Below, in pieces: positions 25,756 to 38,599 of a stretch of DNA of 64,000 nt. The stretch spans positions 8,060,001 to 8,124,000 of the forward strand of contig NC_135801.1 of the NCBI RefSeq assembly GCF_964213995.1. Direction: 5' to 3'. The stretch's first letter is position 1, and every line of letters begins with the position of its first letter. Source of the DNA: Mustelus asterias (lineage: Eukaryota). A model generated the notes under the pieces. The model had not been told where the DNA came from, ran no database searches, and saw only the letters and a list, made by a program, of their open reading frames with translations. A program made the position numbers and the translations under genes.

Positions 25756-26044
25756 CTGCAAGTGAGAGAATAGATTTCAGTCAAATCCAACGCAGCTTGA
25801 TCTGGCCTTTTTTTCCCCCTACCCCTCGTTTGTAGGGAAAAGCAAAGGAAGCCAGGGTAAAGAAACAAAACTGGTGCCAATGGCACCGACTTGACCCTAT
25901 TCCTGGTGTTGGCCATGGGGTAGAATCCTAGGGAGATGCCCTCTCGGTTACTTACCCTTTACAGCTGCCTTCTTCTCCTCTGAAGCTGGAAGGTTTCTAT
26001 TTGACCTTCCAGCTTTGGGAGCCTGCCTTCACCCTTAAAGTTTG

Positions 26045-26332
26045 AAAGTTTATTTGTTAATGTCACAAGTAGGCTTACATTAACGTTGCAATGAAGTTAC
26101 TGCGAAAATCCTCTAGTCACCACACTCTGGTGCCTGTCTGGTTACACTGAGGGAAAATTTACCATGGACAATGCACCTAACCAGCACATCTTTTGGACTG
26201 TGGGAAGAAACCAGAGCACCCGCAGGAAACCCATGCAGACACGGGGAGAACGTGCAGACTCCACACGGACAGTGACCCGAGGCCAGAATTGAACCCGGGT
26301 CCCTGGCTTTGTGAGGCAGCAGTGCTAACCAC
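26045..26332 (-). mobile_element. Alternative-tail SINE
   Basis: Matches the family consensus. Confidence 0.85.
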
Positions 26333-26799
26333 TTTGGTGAATTGCTGCAGTGCATCTTGTAGATAGTATACATTGCTGCTGCTGAGTGTCGGTGGTGGAG
26401 GGATTGAATGTTTGTGGATGTGGTGCCAATCAAGCGGACTGGCCAACCAGTGATGCTCATACCCCATGAATGAATAACTGGGAGGGCACCACGGTCAGCG
26501 TGAACCGGTCGGCCTGTTTCCGTGCTGTATTGCTCAATGACTTTATGATTCATTATGAGTTATTTTTTGCTCTCTCTTTCTTTTGGCCTCCATAGTTGCA
26601 TGTAGCTACTAAGATAAAGTGGTGGTTAAGACTTCAGAAATTTAAAGGTAAATTCAGTGTGTTTGTTTTTCAAGCGGGGAACTACGATTAAAAGGAAGAC
26701 AGCCAGAGAATTGGTGCTGCCGTTTTTATTCCATTTTTTCAGGGGCCACATTGCACAGGTCTATTGTTACGTTGTATTTAACTATCATCTACGATGAAG

Positions 26800-27350
26800 T
26801 GCAACGCCCCAGGGTTATTCATAGGATCATTCTCAATCAAAATATGACACCAAGTACCATAAGGAAATATAACAGCAGGTGACAAAAAGCCTAGTTAAAG
26901 ATGTAAGTTTTAAAAAGTGTCTTCAAGGCAGTAAGCAAGAGAGGGAGGAAATAACAGAGTCTTAGAGACAGATAGTTGAAGGCATGGCCGCCAGTGGTGT
27001 ACTTATTGGAGATGCGCAAGAGGCTAGAATTAATGGAGTGCAGGTGTTCTCGGACGGTTCTGGGACTAGAGCGGATTGCGAAGATAGTGAGGAGAGAGAC
27101 TATTAAAGGATTTGGAAATAAGGATGGGAATTTGAAATCAAGGCATTGTTTAATTGGGAACCAATGTAAGTTAGTAGGCACAGGGGTTGAAGAGGTGAAT
27201 GTGTCTTGGTGTGCGTTAGAGCAGCAACTGTCTGGATGACTTCAGGTTTATGGAATGTGGAAGGCCAGTCAGGAGTGAGTTGGGATAGTCAGATGTAGAG
27301 CTAACAAAGAGAAAGGCTTCAACAGCATTTGGGCTGAAGCAGGGTTGAAT
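26800..27350 (-). mobile_element. Old L2 LINE 3' fragment
   Basis: LHWFPIKQCLDFK...GGHAF...FKT resembles the L2 ORF2 C-terminus. A similar fragment lies at about 33060-33600. Confidence 0.7.
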
Positions 27351-27351
27351 T

Positions 27352-28020
27352 CGGGGAGGCAGTGTCCACGTGGTATTGTCACTGGACTGCCGATCCAGAG
27401 ACCCAGGCTAATGCTCCAGGGACCTGGCTTCGAATCCCACCACGGCAGATGGTGAAATTTGAAATCAATAAAAATCTGAAATTAGAAGTCTAATGATGAC
27501 TGTTGATTGCTGTTTAAAAAAAACCATCTGGTTCACTAACCCATCTGGTTCACTGGGCGGCACGGTGGCCCAGTGGTTAGCACTGCTGGCTCACAGTGCC
27601 AGGGACCCGGTCCAATTCCAGCCTCGGGTGACTGTCTGTGTGGAGTTTGCACATTCTCCCCTTGTCTGCGCAGGTTTCCTCCAGGTGCTCCGGTTTCCTT
27701 CCACAGTCCAAAGATGCGCGGGTCATGCTAAATTAACCCTAGTGTCAGGGAGATTAGCAGGGTAAATATGAGGGGTTATGGGAATAGGGCCTGGGTGGGA
27801 TTGTGGTCAGTGCAGACTCGATGGGCCAAATGGCCTCCTCCTGCACTGTAGGGATTCTATGATTCTAATGTTCTTTAGGGAAGAAAATCTGCTGTCCTTA
27901 CCTGGTCTGGCCTACATGTGACTCCAGACCTACACCAATGTGGATCTTAAATACCCTCAGGGATGGACAATAAATGCTGGCCAAACCAGCGACACCCACA
28001 TCCCATGAATTCATAAGAAA
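27352..28020 (+). mobile_element. SINE family B interrupted by an HE1 SINE (27555-27865)
   Basis: Insertion point at TGGTTCAC^TAATG. Confidence 0.85.
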
Positions 28021-28409
28021 AATATTACTGAGATGGAAATGGGTGGTCTAATTGATGGCACAGGTATGTGATCAGAAGTATGTGGATGATATTGGAATGT
28101 AACTGGGCTAATTGTCAGAAGTTTAGAGGAATGCAATAGAAATTCCTCTGGACCCATTGCTAGGAGGTGCTGCCTTGGCACTCCCATTTTACCTGATGCT
28201 GGGGGCCTGAAGCCCGTGGTAAAATCTTAGCTGTTGTCTTTGCTCCTCTCTCCAAAAGTCTTGCCAGACCTGCATTTTCTGGTTTTATTGCAGTCAGTAA
28301 GTTGGCATTGCATTATAACTTGATGTACATTTAGCTGTTCAGCTCTTAGTCAGCTTAGTCAGCTCCTGCCTCTGAATCAGAGGCTGTGTGGTCAAGACCA
28401 CTTCAGCAC

Positions 28410-29155
28410 ACAAACAATAATTTCTCCCTCAATGTCAACATCGACTTCAGGAAGTGTAAAGGAGAACATGCCCCTTTCTACATCAATGGGGACGAAGTAG
28501 AAATGGTCGGAAGCTTCAAGTTTTTAGGTGTCCAGATCACCAACAACCTGTCCCGGTCCCCCCATGCCAATGCTATAGTTAGGAAAGCCCACCAGCGCCT
28601 CTACTTTCTCAGAAGACTAAGAAATTTGGCATGTCTGCTACGACTCTCACCAACTTTTACAGATGCACCATAGAAAGCATCCTTTCTGGTTGTATCACAG
28701 CTTGGTATGGGCTCCTGCTCTGCCCAAGACCACAAGAAACTACAAAAAGTCGTGAATGTAGCCCAATCCATCACGCAAACCAGCCTCCCATCCATTGACT
28801 CTGTCTACACTTCCCGCTGTCTCGGCAAAGCAGCCAGCACAATTAAGGACCCCATGCACCCTGGATATAGGCTCTTCCACCTTCTTCTATCGGGAAAAAG
28901 ATACAAAAATCTGAGGTCACATAGCGACCGACTCAGGAATAGCTTCTTCCCTGCTGCTGTCAGACTTTTGAATGGACCTACCTTGCATTAAGTTGATCTT
29001 TCTCTACACCTTAGCTATGACTGTAAACATTATAATCTGCACTCTCGCGTTTCCTTCTCTATGAACAGTATGCTTTGTCTGTTTAGCGCGCAAGAAACAA
29101 TACTTTTCACTATGTTAATACATGTGACAATAATAAATCAAATTAAATCAAATCA
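28410..29155 (+). mobile_element. Rex1/Babar LINE 3' fragment
   Basis: INGDEVEMV.SFKFLGVQI...KAHQRLYFLRRL and an (AAATC)n tail. Confidence 0.9.
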
Positions 29156-29509
29156 ATCCCAATGTAATACTGAAGGAGTGCTGCACTGTCGGGGGTGCTG
29201 TCTTGAGGATGAGATGTTAAACTGAGGCCCTCTTTACTCTCTCAGGTGGGCACTAAAGATCCCATGATGCTATTTTGAAGAGAAGCAGGAGAGTTATCCC
29301 TGGTGTCCAGGCCATTTTTATCCCCCAATCCCAACTTCACCAAATCAAATTATCTGCGCATGATCTCATTGCTGATTGTGGAAGCTTGCTGTGTGTGAAA
29401 TGGATTCCTACATTACCGCTGTGACTACACTTTTAGAAGTATTTCATCTGCTGCATGGTGCTTTGGAACATCCTATGATCAAAAAAAGTAGCATATAGTC
29501 TTTCATGTG

Positions 29510-30200
29510 GTTTTTTTGTATTCTTTCATGGGATGTGGGCGTTGTGGGCTAAGCCAGTATTTGTTGCCCTTGAACCGAATGGCTTGCTAGGCCATTTCAG
29601 AGTCATCCACATTGCTGTATGTCTGGAGTCACATGTAGGCCAGATTGGGTAAGGACGACAGATTTCCTTCCCTAAAGGACATTAGGGAAGCAAATGGGTA
29701 TTTATGACAATTGACAATGGTTTCATGGTCATCATAGAATCATAGAATCCTTACAGTGCAGGAGGCCATTCAGCCCATTGAGTCTGCACTGACCACAATC
29801 CCACCCAGCCCCTATTCCTGCAACCCCATATATTTACTCTGCTAGTCTCCCTGACTCTAGGGGCAATTTTCCATGGTCAATCAACCTAACCTGCACATCT
29901 TTGGACTGTGGGGGGAAGCTGGAGCATCCGGAGGAAACCTACGCAGACACGGGGACAATGTGCAAACTCCACACAGACAGTGACCCAAAGCCAGTATTGA
30001 ACCCAGGTCCCTGGCGTTGTGAGGCAGCAGTGCTAACTACTGTACCACTGTGCTGCCCAGTAGATTCTTAATTCCAGATATTTTTATTGAATTCAAATTT
30101 TACCATCTACCACGGTGGGATTCAACCCTGGGTTCCCAGAGCATTACCCTGGGTCTCTGGATTACTAGTCCGGTGACAATACCACTGCATCACAGCCTAC
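29510..30200 (-). mobile_element. SINE family B interrupted by an HE1 SINE (about 29733-30058)
   Basis: Both elements are on the minus strand. Confidence 0.85.
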
Positions 30201-30405
30201 CCTTGTCTGTGGTATTGTTGTTGCATTAATAACAACCAGTTGAATTGTTAGAGAAGATCAGTGACCATAATGCAACGTTCCTTGTCGGAAGCTGATGGGG
30301 GTGACTTTATGCTCCTTACTTGGCGCGTTGAAAAAAGTTCTGAGCCATCTATGAAGTTTAAGTAATGCAGCATATTTGGGAGTTGGGGGGGAGGGTGGGT
30401 GGTGG

Positions 30406-30437
<32 letters not shown>

Positions 30438-31149
30438 GGCGGCAACAGCACCGAATTATACAGGGCATGGGACAAATGATGGATGAAAGGCAACATAATG
30501 TGTGCACTCTTGAGACATAGCTATCACTGAGTCAACTCCACTTTGCATGTCTAACATTCCCCTGCTTTCATCTATTCACCAAGATGAGCAGGACGATTCA
30601 GCAATCTAGTTGCCACATTAGCTTGGTCATTGTTGTTTGGACTGATGCTGCTTCATGGTATCAATATAAAAACTGTGTGTGCCAAGGGTTGATTCTTTGG
30701 AAAGGTGATGCCATTCTTGCCGCAAGACACCGAAAATGCTTTCCTGCTCACCAGATTCCCAATTCACCTCGTTGTATCACATTTAGAGTAATACTTAGAT
30801 GCAAAGAGGGAAAACCCAACCATCAGCACTCCCTGACTAAGCAGACTCAACAACATCTAAAGCCATGAAGTGCTACATTATACCCTGTTAGGTCTTCATG
30901 CTTCAGTAGTTAACACACCTAAAATCACAACAGTAGTAGTTAAGGAAAAGTCCCCATCACAGCAGTTGATTGAGACTCATTTGGCTAATCTTCCAAAAGA
31001 CTTAGAGCAATTTGTGTGTTGACAATAAAATGAATTCCTCATGCTACAAAAACATTTTCTTAACTTCCAACTTTTTAGTATAGTAAGAGTGATACTGGAA
31101 TAGTGTTGATACATTCTTAAAGTGGCATCGCAGAATAGTGTGTTTATTA

Positions 31150-31455
31150 AAATGTATTTATTAGTGTCACAAGTAGGCTTACATTAACACTGCAATGAAG
31201 TTACTGTGAAAATCCCCTAGTCGCCACACTTCGGCACCTGTTCGGGTACACCGAGGGAGAATTTAGCATGGTTGATACACCTAACCAGCACTTCTTTCTG
31301 ACTGTGGGAGGAAACCGGAGCACTCGGAGAAAACCCATGCAGACTTGGGGGGAAGGTATAGTTGCCGCACAGACAGTGACCGAAGCCAGAAATCGAACCT
31401 GGGTCTCTGGTGCTGTGAGGCAGCAGCACTAACCACTGTGTCGCAGTGCTGCCCT
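31150..31455 (-). mobile_element. Alternative-tail SINE
   Basis: Matches the family consensus. Confidence 0.85.
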
Positions 31456-31702
31456 GTGCTGCAAGATACTTTGGGATGGGCAATAAATTAGGGATTGTCA
31501 ATAAATGCTGGCCCAGCCAGTGACACCCACACCTCATGAATGAATAAAAATAACTCTGCCTTTCCTTCATAGAACGATTGAATTGCTTTTTTAATTCATA
31601 CTTGGGATTTGAGCATACCAACATATAAATTAGGAACAGGAGTCGGCCATTCAGTGGCAAGGCCACCATTTTTCCCATTGAAACGGAGTAGAGGCAACTC
31701 GA

Positions 31703-32280
31703 TGGGAGGTGATGGCCTAGTGGTATTATCGCTAGACAATTAATCCAGAAATTCAGCTAACGTTCTTGGCATTTGGGTTCGAATCTGAATTTGAATTCAA
31801 TAAAAAAAATCTGGAATTAAGAACGTACTGATGACCATTGTTGATTTTCAGAAAAACCCACCTGGTTCACTGATGTATTTTAGGGAGGGAAATATGCTGT
31901 TCTTACCTGGTCTGACCTACATGTGACTCCAGAGCCCAGCAATGTGGTTGACTCTCAACTACCCTTGTGCAATTAGGGATGGGCAATAAATGCTGGCCAG
32001 CCAGCGATGCCCCATGTCCCATGAATCTCCTGTGGGTCAGAGTGGTTAATGTTGGCAGATTTCCTTCCCTGAAAGGCATTAGTGAACTAAATGACTTCTG
32101 AAGACAAACTACCAGTTTCATGATCATTATTAATGAGGCTCACATTTCATTCCAGATTTACTGACCAATTGGATTTAATTTAAATATTCCCAACTGCATG
32201 CTGGGATTTGAACTCACCTCTCAAGAGCATTAGTCCAGACCTCTGGATTGCTAGTCCAGTAACATTATGACTGGGCTACT
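31703..32280. mobile_element. Two SINE family B copies in inverted orientation
   Basis: 31703-32025 plus; about 32050-32280 minus and more diverged. Confidence 0.75.
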
Positions 32281-32924
32281 GACCTCTGATTAGTCATATT
32301 AAACTGAGGGAATAGAGCCATATTTTTAGGATGTGTGTGTCACAATCTCAGAGTTATTGTATTTCTTACTAAGTACCATTCTGTGAAGAACTTTTCATTT
32401 CATATATGAGCTGGAAACTGGAAGTGCTCATTGAAGCACCTCCTACCTGTTTGGATGTGATAAGGAAAGATGCAAATGAAAGTAAAACTGGTTATTTTAT
32501 CACTTTTCTGCAGGTGAACTTGCCTCAGGAATATTTGGGCTCCCGCTACATTTAAACTCAAGGTATTTTTCAGCATAGGGTCATTCACCCATCCAGACTG
32601 TGCAGGGTGTGTGACAGAAATGTCCACAGTTCAATTCCGCGTAACCGCGACAATAATTTTCTCTGAAATATTTATCCCATTTCCTTTCTCATAGCTGTTC
32701 AGCTTTCTATTTCCAAACGAGTCTTCATTAGGCTGAGTGGTGACATCTTAAATTGCGCAGTGACATCCTCTGTGGAATGTTCACATTAAAATTAACCAAA
32801 GTCTCCCTTTTTAAATTCATACAAACTAATTAGTGATGGGTTATTTCAGGCTCAGATTTGCAAATGGAAAAGACAAACATTGTAAAAAAGAAAGGAATGA
32901 TCTGCCCCAGCAAGTAAATCTGGA

Positions 32925-33043
32925 GGGTGGGATTTTCCGGCCACATTCGCCCCAAGACCGGAAAATCCTGCCCAAGGTCAACGGATGGTCCGTGTCCCGC
33001 CGGCTACAATTCCCATGGTGGGCGGGACAGGAAAATTCCGCCA
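32925..33043. mobile_element. MITE of about 120 bp (Harbinger-like termini)
   Basis: GGGTGGGATTTTCC...GGAAAATTCCGCC. Related elements at about 16070-16197, 24791-24920, 53740-53856, 56973-57097 and 57216-57343. Confidence 0.65.
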
Positions 33044-33643
33044 CGAATGTCTTCAATTGATACAACAATAACTTCCATTTATCTAATGCCACCAACATTG
33101 TAAAACATTCCAAACTGCTTCCTAGTAACATTATCAAATTAACATAGGCACCAAGTCACAGAAGGAGAGCTCAAGTCAGTTGGCCAAAAGCTTTGTCAAG
33201 GAAGTCGTTTTTAAGGGGCATCTGAAAGGAGGGATTAAAGGTAACAGGGCTGGGAATTTCGGGAGGGATTTCTAGGGCTTAAAGCCCAGGCAGCTGGGAA
33301 CATGACTGCCACTGGTGAAGTGATGGAAATTGGAATGAGCTTAAAGCTAGAATTGGAGGAGCGTTGATCTCTTGGAGAGTTGCCAAGCTGGAGGAAGAAA
33401 GAAAGGGGCGAGGCTATGGAGGGATTTAGAAATAAGGCCGAGAATTTTGAAACTGAGCTGTTGCTTAACTGGGAGCCGAAGCAGGTCAGCAAGCTCAGGG
33501 ATGATGGGTGAATGAGACGAGGATATGGGTAATAGAGGTTTGGATGTCCTTAGGATTATGGAGGATGGAAGATGAGGGCCTGGCCAGGATTGCATTAGTG
33601 GAGCTTCATTGTAGGCAAATTGACTGTTGCGCTTTCCTACATT

Positions 33644-33990
33644 AGAATCATAGAATCCCTAGAGTGCAGAAGAAGCCATTTGGCCCATCGAGTCTGTACC
33701 AACTCTCTGACAGAGTATCTTACCCATGGTCTGTGCCCTTCCCTATCCCCGTAACCCCATACATTTACCATGGCTAATCCCATCTAACCGACACATCTCG
33801 GGACACCAAGGGGCAATTTAGCATGGCCAATCCATCCTAACCTGCACACCTTTGGACTGTGGGAGGAAACTGAAGCACACAGAGGAAACCCATGCAGAGA
33901 ATGTGTAAACTCCACACAGACAGTGACCCAAGGCCGGAATTGAACCCGGGTCCCTGGCGTTGTGAGGCAGCAGTGCTAACCACTGTGCCA
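33644..33990 (-). mobile_element. HE1 SINE
   Basis: Full copy inside a Deu-SINE tail. Confidence 0.85.
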
Positions 33991-35007
33991 GTGTTTGAAC
34001 AGTGATTACACTTCAGCAAGTTTGCCAGGTTCTGAAGTAAATTGAGATGTCCTGAGGACTTTGATTTGATTTGATTTATTATTGTCACATGTATTAGTAT
34101 ACAGTGACAAGTATTGTTTCTTGCGCGCTACACAAAGCATACCGTACACAGGGAAGAAAAGGAGAGCGTGCAGAATGTAATGTTACGGTCATATCTAGGG
34201 TGTCGAGAAAGATCAACTTAACACGAGGTAGGTCCATTCAAAAGTCTGAAGGCAGCGTTGAACAAGCAGGGAAGACATGATAATAATTGCAAGTTATTTT
34301 TTGCCGATGCATCCACAGGGTTAACTTAGCTCGTGAAATCAGACAGAAGGACTCCATGGCAATAAGTGAATCTTATAGTGTCATGAAAAGGAACACTGCT
34401 CAGACCTATTAATAATGTGAAGCCTGGCTGAATCCAGATTGCTGGTTCAATCGACGTGACAAAGTTTGTAAAGTCACTGCACCCACCTTCTGTGGGTAAT
34501 CAGTCAACGGTGGCTGTGGAGCAGTGAATGGAAAAGTGTTTCTCAGAGAAGTGAAAGACTTCTTCATGTGAGTAGCTTATCTGTTCTCAAGCTGTATTTC
34601 GATGCATATCTGCCTCGCTCTGTCCTTTACCACAATATTTTAAACTCTCCCCTTTTACTGCTATCTTTTACTAGAGTTCCGCTTTGAAAACAAAACCCAT
34701 GTTTATCCCTGGACTTTCTTAATGATACGACTGGGGCTTAGAAACTTAATTTACGTTTGTTTGATGGGGGGAGGTTAGCTAAAGCATTTTCCCCGGCAGC
34801 TATTTTGGCTTTGGATTTGGAAATCCATTTATCTAATCCCCCGGAACCTTATAATACGGAACTTTGAAGTTTGAATGTTTACTGGTTCTCCAGATAACAC
34901 TGAACCGATGCGGATGTTCTGCTGATTTAGATGGAGGTTATCGCGCACCAGATGATGCTCTGAATCTCAAACCTGGGTTTAAGCTGGTCTGCTGAGGAAC
35001 AGACAGA

Positions 35008-35124
35008 CTAGTTACTCAGTGGACAGGTTAGTTAATCCATGGAACAACTGGTTACTCAGTGGAACGACTGGTTAATCAGTGGAACAACTGATTAATCAGT
35101 GGAATGACTGGTTAATCAGTGAAC
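35008..35124. repeat. Minisatellite, about 6 copies of 20 bp
   Basis: Unit TGGTTAATCAGTGGAACAAC. Confidence 0.85.
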
Positions 35125-35554
35125 ATTTTGAGCCCAATATGATTCCTCTTGATAAAAACTCTGTTTCTTTCTCCACAGACTCTGCCAGATCTGCTGAGTA
35201 TTTCCAACCCTTTCTGTTTTTATTTCAGATTTACCGCATCTGCAGTATTTTGCTTTTATCTCAAAGTTCCAGCCTGCTTCTCCTCTTTCCTACAACTGTT
35301 GCGTGTGCAGTGAAAACTTAAGCACCAAAGTTTAGTTTCCTGAATAACAGCATAAACTGTACAGCAGCTTTGCGATGTTTGGGGCAGGATTATTGTAGCG
35401 AGGTGAGATTTTGGTTGTTGCTTCGTGTATCTTGTACCTAAATGAAGTTAGCCCCATCATTTGCTTGGTGCTGCCTAAGTTATCAAATAAACGAGCAGGT
35501 GATCTGTTTTAAACTGGTGAGAGAAACTTTAGATAGAACACCACCCAGCTTAAA

Positions 35555-35850
35555 ATCATAGATTCATAGAATCATAAAATCACTACAGTGCAGAAGGAGG
35601 CCATTCGGTCCATTGAGCCTGCACTAGCAACAATCCTACCCAGGTCCTATTCCCGTAACGCCACACATTTACCACGGAGTTACTTAGCATGGCCAATCAA
35701 TCTAACCCGCACATCTTTGGACTGTGGGAGGAAACCGGAGCACCCGGAGGAAACCCACGCAGACACGGGGAGAACGTGCAGACTCCACACAGTCAGTGAC
35801 CTAAGGCTGGAATTGAACCCGGGTTCCTGGCGCTGTGAGGCAGTAGTGCA
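35555..35850 (-). mobile_element. HE1 SINE
   Basis: Matches the family consensus. Confidence 0.85.
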
Positions 35851-36019
35851 AAGCGAGCCAGTGCATGTCTTCAAATGGTCCAAAGGTTCTTCTGCCAATG
35901 TCTTATTAATTACATTGTTAAAGTTTAATGGAGATGACATTGTTAAATGAGTGATAGGTATTTGTACACTCATAAATGGGAATAGCTGGGACACTGGGCA
36001 TAGGAGTAATGTTAGAGCA

Positions 36020-36590
36020 AAGAACAAAGAACAGTACAGCACAAGAACAGACCCTTCGGCCTCCAAGCCTGTGCTGATCATGATGCCTGCCTAAACTAAA
36101 ACCGCATGCACTTACGGAGTCCGTATCCTTCCATTCTGTCCTATTCATGTATTCGTCTAGATGCTGCTATCATACCTGCTCCCACCACCTCCCCGGGCAG
36201 CGCATTCCAGACATTCACCACCCTCTGTGTAAAAAACTTGCCTCGCACATCTCCTCTAAACTTTTCCCCATGCACCTTAAACCTATTTCCCCTAGTACTT
36301 GACTTTTGTACCCTAGGAAAGAGCCTCTGATGATCTACTCTGTCCATGCCACTCATAATCTTGTAGACTTCTATCAGGTCATCCCTCGACCTCTGTCATT
36401 CCAGTGAGAACAAAGCAAGTTTATCCAACCTCTTCTCATAGCTGATACCCTCTAGACCTGGTAACCCTCTTCTGCCCCCTCTCCAAAATATCTACATCCT
36501 ACTGACCGTATAGCAACCAAAATTGTACACAATATTCCAAATGAGGCCTAACTATGGTTCTGTACAGCTGCAGCACGACCTGCCAACTGT
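36020..36590 (-). mobile_element. CR1 LINE 3' fragment
   Basis: MSGMDRVDHQRLFPRVQKSSTRGNRFKV...WNALP. Confidence 0.9.
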
Positions 36591-38056
36591 GAACGGAGTC
36601 AATAAACTCTCTCCGGCAAATAAAGCAACTGTGTGTCTTTGTTTTAATTTCATCAACTAAAGTGGATATCTAAAGACCGACTTTCATTCTGATCTAAGCA
36701 AGGCACCATTTACACAATTGTTTAAATAGGGGCTGTATCTGACAGTGCAGCACTGTCTCCATGGAATGTGAACCCAGAATCTTCAGCCTTATCAGTAAGC
36801 GTGCTACCAACTATTCCAATATTGTTCCTTCACCATTAGCCTGAATAGCGAAATGTAACACATTAAATACCAACCCCTTTGTGCAGCAACTTTTGATGCA
36901 AGAATAGACGATAATAATGTAGTCAGTTAAGCTTTTGAAGAGATAAATCCTTTGAGTATTTGAATTGTGAACTGGGATCTGGCTTAGTGAAATCTTTACA
37001 ATGTCTGCACGTGACTGGAAGTGATCTGAGGTGAATAATGCATGAAAATAAAAAGCACTGGAAAGCTTTGTTTCAATTTCACTCTCTGAACATCCGTCAC
37101 TGGGAAAGTTCATAATGTTTTGAAAGTTCTTACTCTGCAAAGTGCTCTTCTGTGACTTTGTGACCAAGGTCGCCTTTTCTGCTCACCTACGCAAAAAGCT
37201 TTGGGCGAAACTCAAAGTGTAGAAATGACCATTGGATTAGCAGAAGAAGCAGAAGCTGGGGTTGGAGGAGGGTGCAGGCACAAGGTAAGTTTTTTTTTAT
37301 TCATGCGTGGGACATGGATATCGCTGGCTGGCCAGCGTTTATTGCTCATCCCTAGTTGCCCCTGAGAAGGTGGTGGTGAGCTGCCTTCTTGAATCACTGC
37401 AGTCCACGTACTGTGGGTTGACCCACAATGCCGTTAGGGAGCGAATTCCAGGATTTTGACCCAGCGACTGTGAAGCAATGGTGATATATTTCCAAGTCAG
37501 GATGGTGAATGGAAGGATCGTGATTCCAGAGAGCTCTGCACAGATAGACACGTCTGATTTTCAGCCATGATTCAGTGGTAAGCAACTTAATTTCTGCGCT
37601 GCATTTTACATGGATTTGTTTTCAGTGAGGGTGCGGGGGGTGGGGGGGGCGAAAGAGGGCACGTAAAGTAGGGCAGGTGTCCACCCCATCACCTTCCCGC
37701 TTTACCTAGGAGCTCACCCCTGAGGTGGACAGGTGCTGAGATTGGCAGCCCGCCCTACTTAAATCGATAATCAAGGGTCAATCAGGCTGGTTCCCAAGCC
37801 AATTGACACTGATAACACACTGCTGATACCAGCAAACATTTATCAGTCGAGTGTGGACAGCCCAATTTTAAAATAATCTCTTTAAAGGACAGGAAGGAAA
37901 GGGGAAGGTTCTACCTTCTGAGGGATAAAGATTGGCCCTGGGACAGAGGGGGCTCTCCCTCTTCGAAATAGTGCCAGGGGATCTTTTGCATCCACCCAAG
38001 CACGTGGGACTCAATTAACATCTCATCTGAAAGAGAGCAGCTCAGGCAATGCAGCA

Positions 38057-38570
38057 TTGGAATACTGTGTACAGTCCTGGTCACCCTATTGTAGAAAGGA
38101 TATTAATAAACTAGAAAGAGTGCAGAAGAGATTTACTAGGATGCTACCGGGACTTGATGGTTTAGGTTATAAGGAGAGGCTGGATAGACTGGGACTTTTT
38201 TCTCTGGAGCGTAGAAGGCTAAGGGGTGATCTTATAGACATCTATAAGATAATGAGGGGCATAGATCAGCTAGATAGTCAATATCTTTTCCCAAAGGTAG
38301 GGGAGTCTAAAACTAGAGAGCATAGGTTTAAGGTGAGAGGGGAGAGATACAAAAAGGTCCAGAGGGGCAATTTTTTCACACAGAGGGTGGTGGGTATCTG
38401 GAACGAGCTGCCAGAGGTAGTGATAGAGGTAGGTACAATTTTGTATTTTAAAAAGTGGTTAGATAGTTACATGGGTAAGATGGATATCGAGGGATATGGG
38501 CCAAACGCGGGCAATTGGGGTTTAAAAAAAAGGGCCGAAGGGCCTGTTTCCATGCTGTAAACTTCTATTA
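38057..38570 (+). mobile_element. CR1/HER1 LINE 3' fragment with an open frame
   Basis: EYCVQSWSPY.RKDINKLERVQKRFTRMLPGL...WNELP. Confidence 0.92.
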
Positions 38571-38599
38571 AAAAAAAAATCCATTCCCTCAAACTGAAG

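Noticed and set aside
35008-35124. CRISPR-like or binding-site array
   Set aside because: A simple 20-bp minisatellite without spacers.
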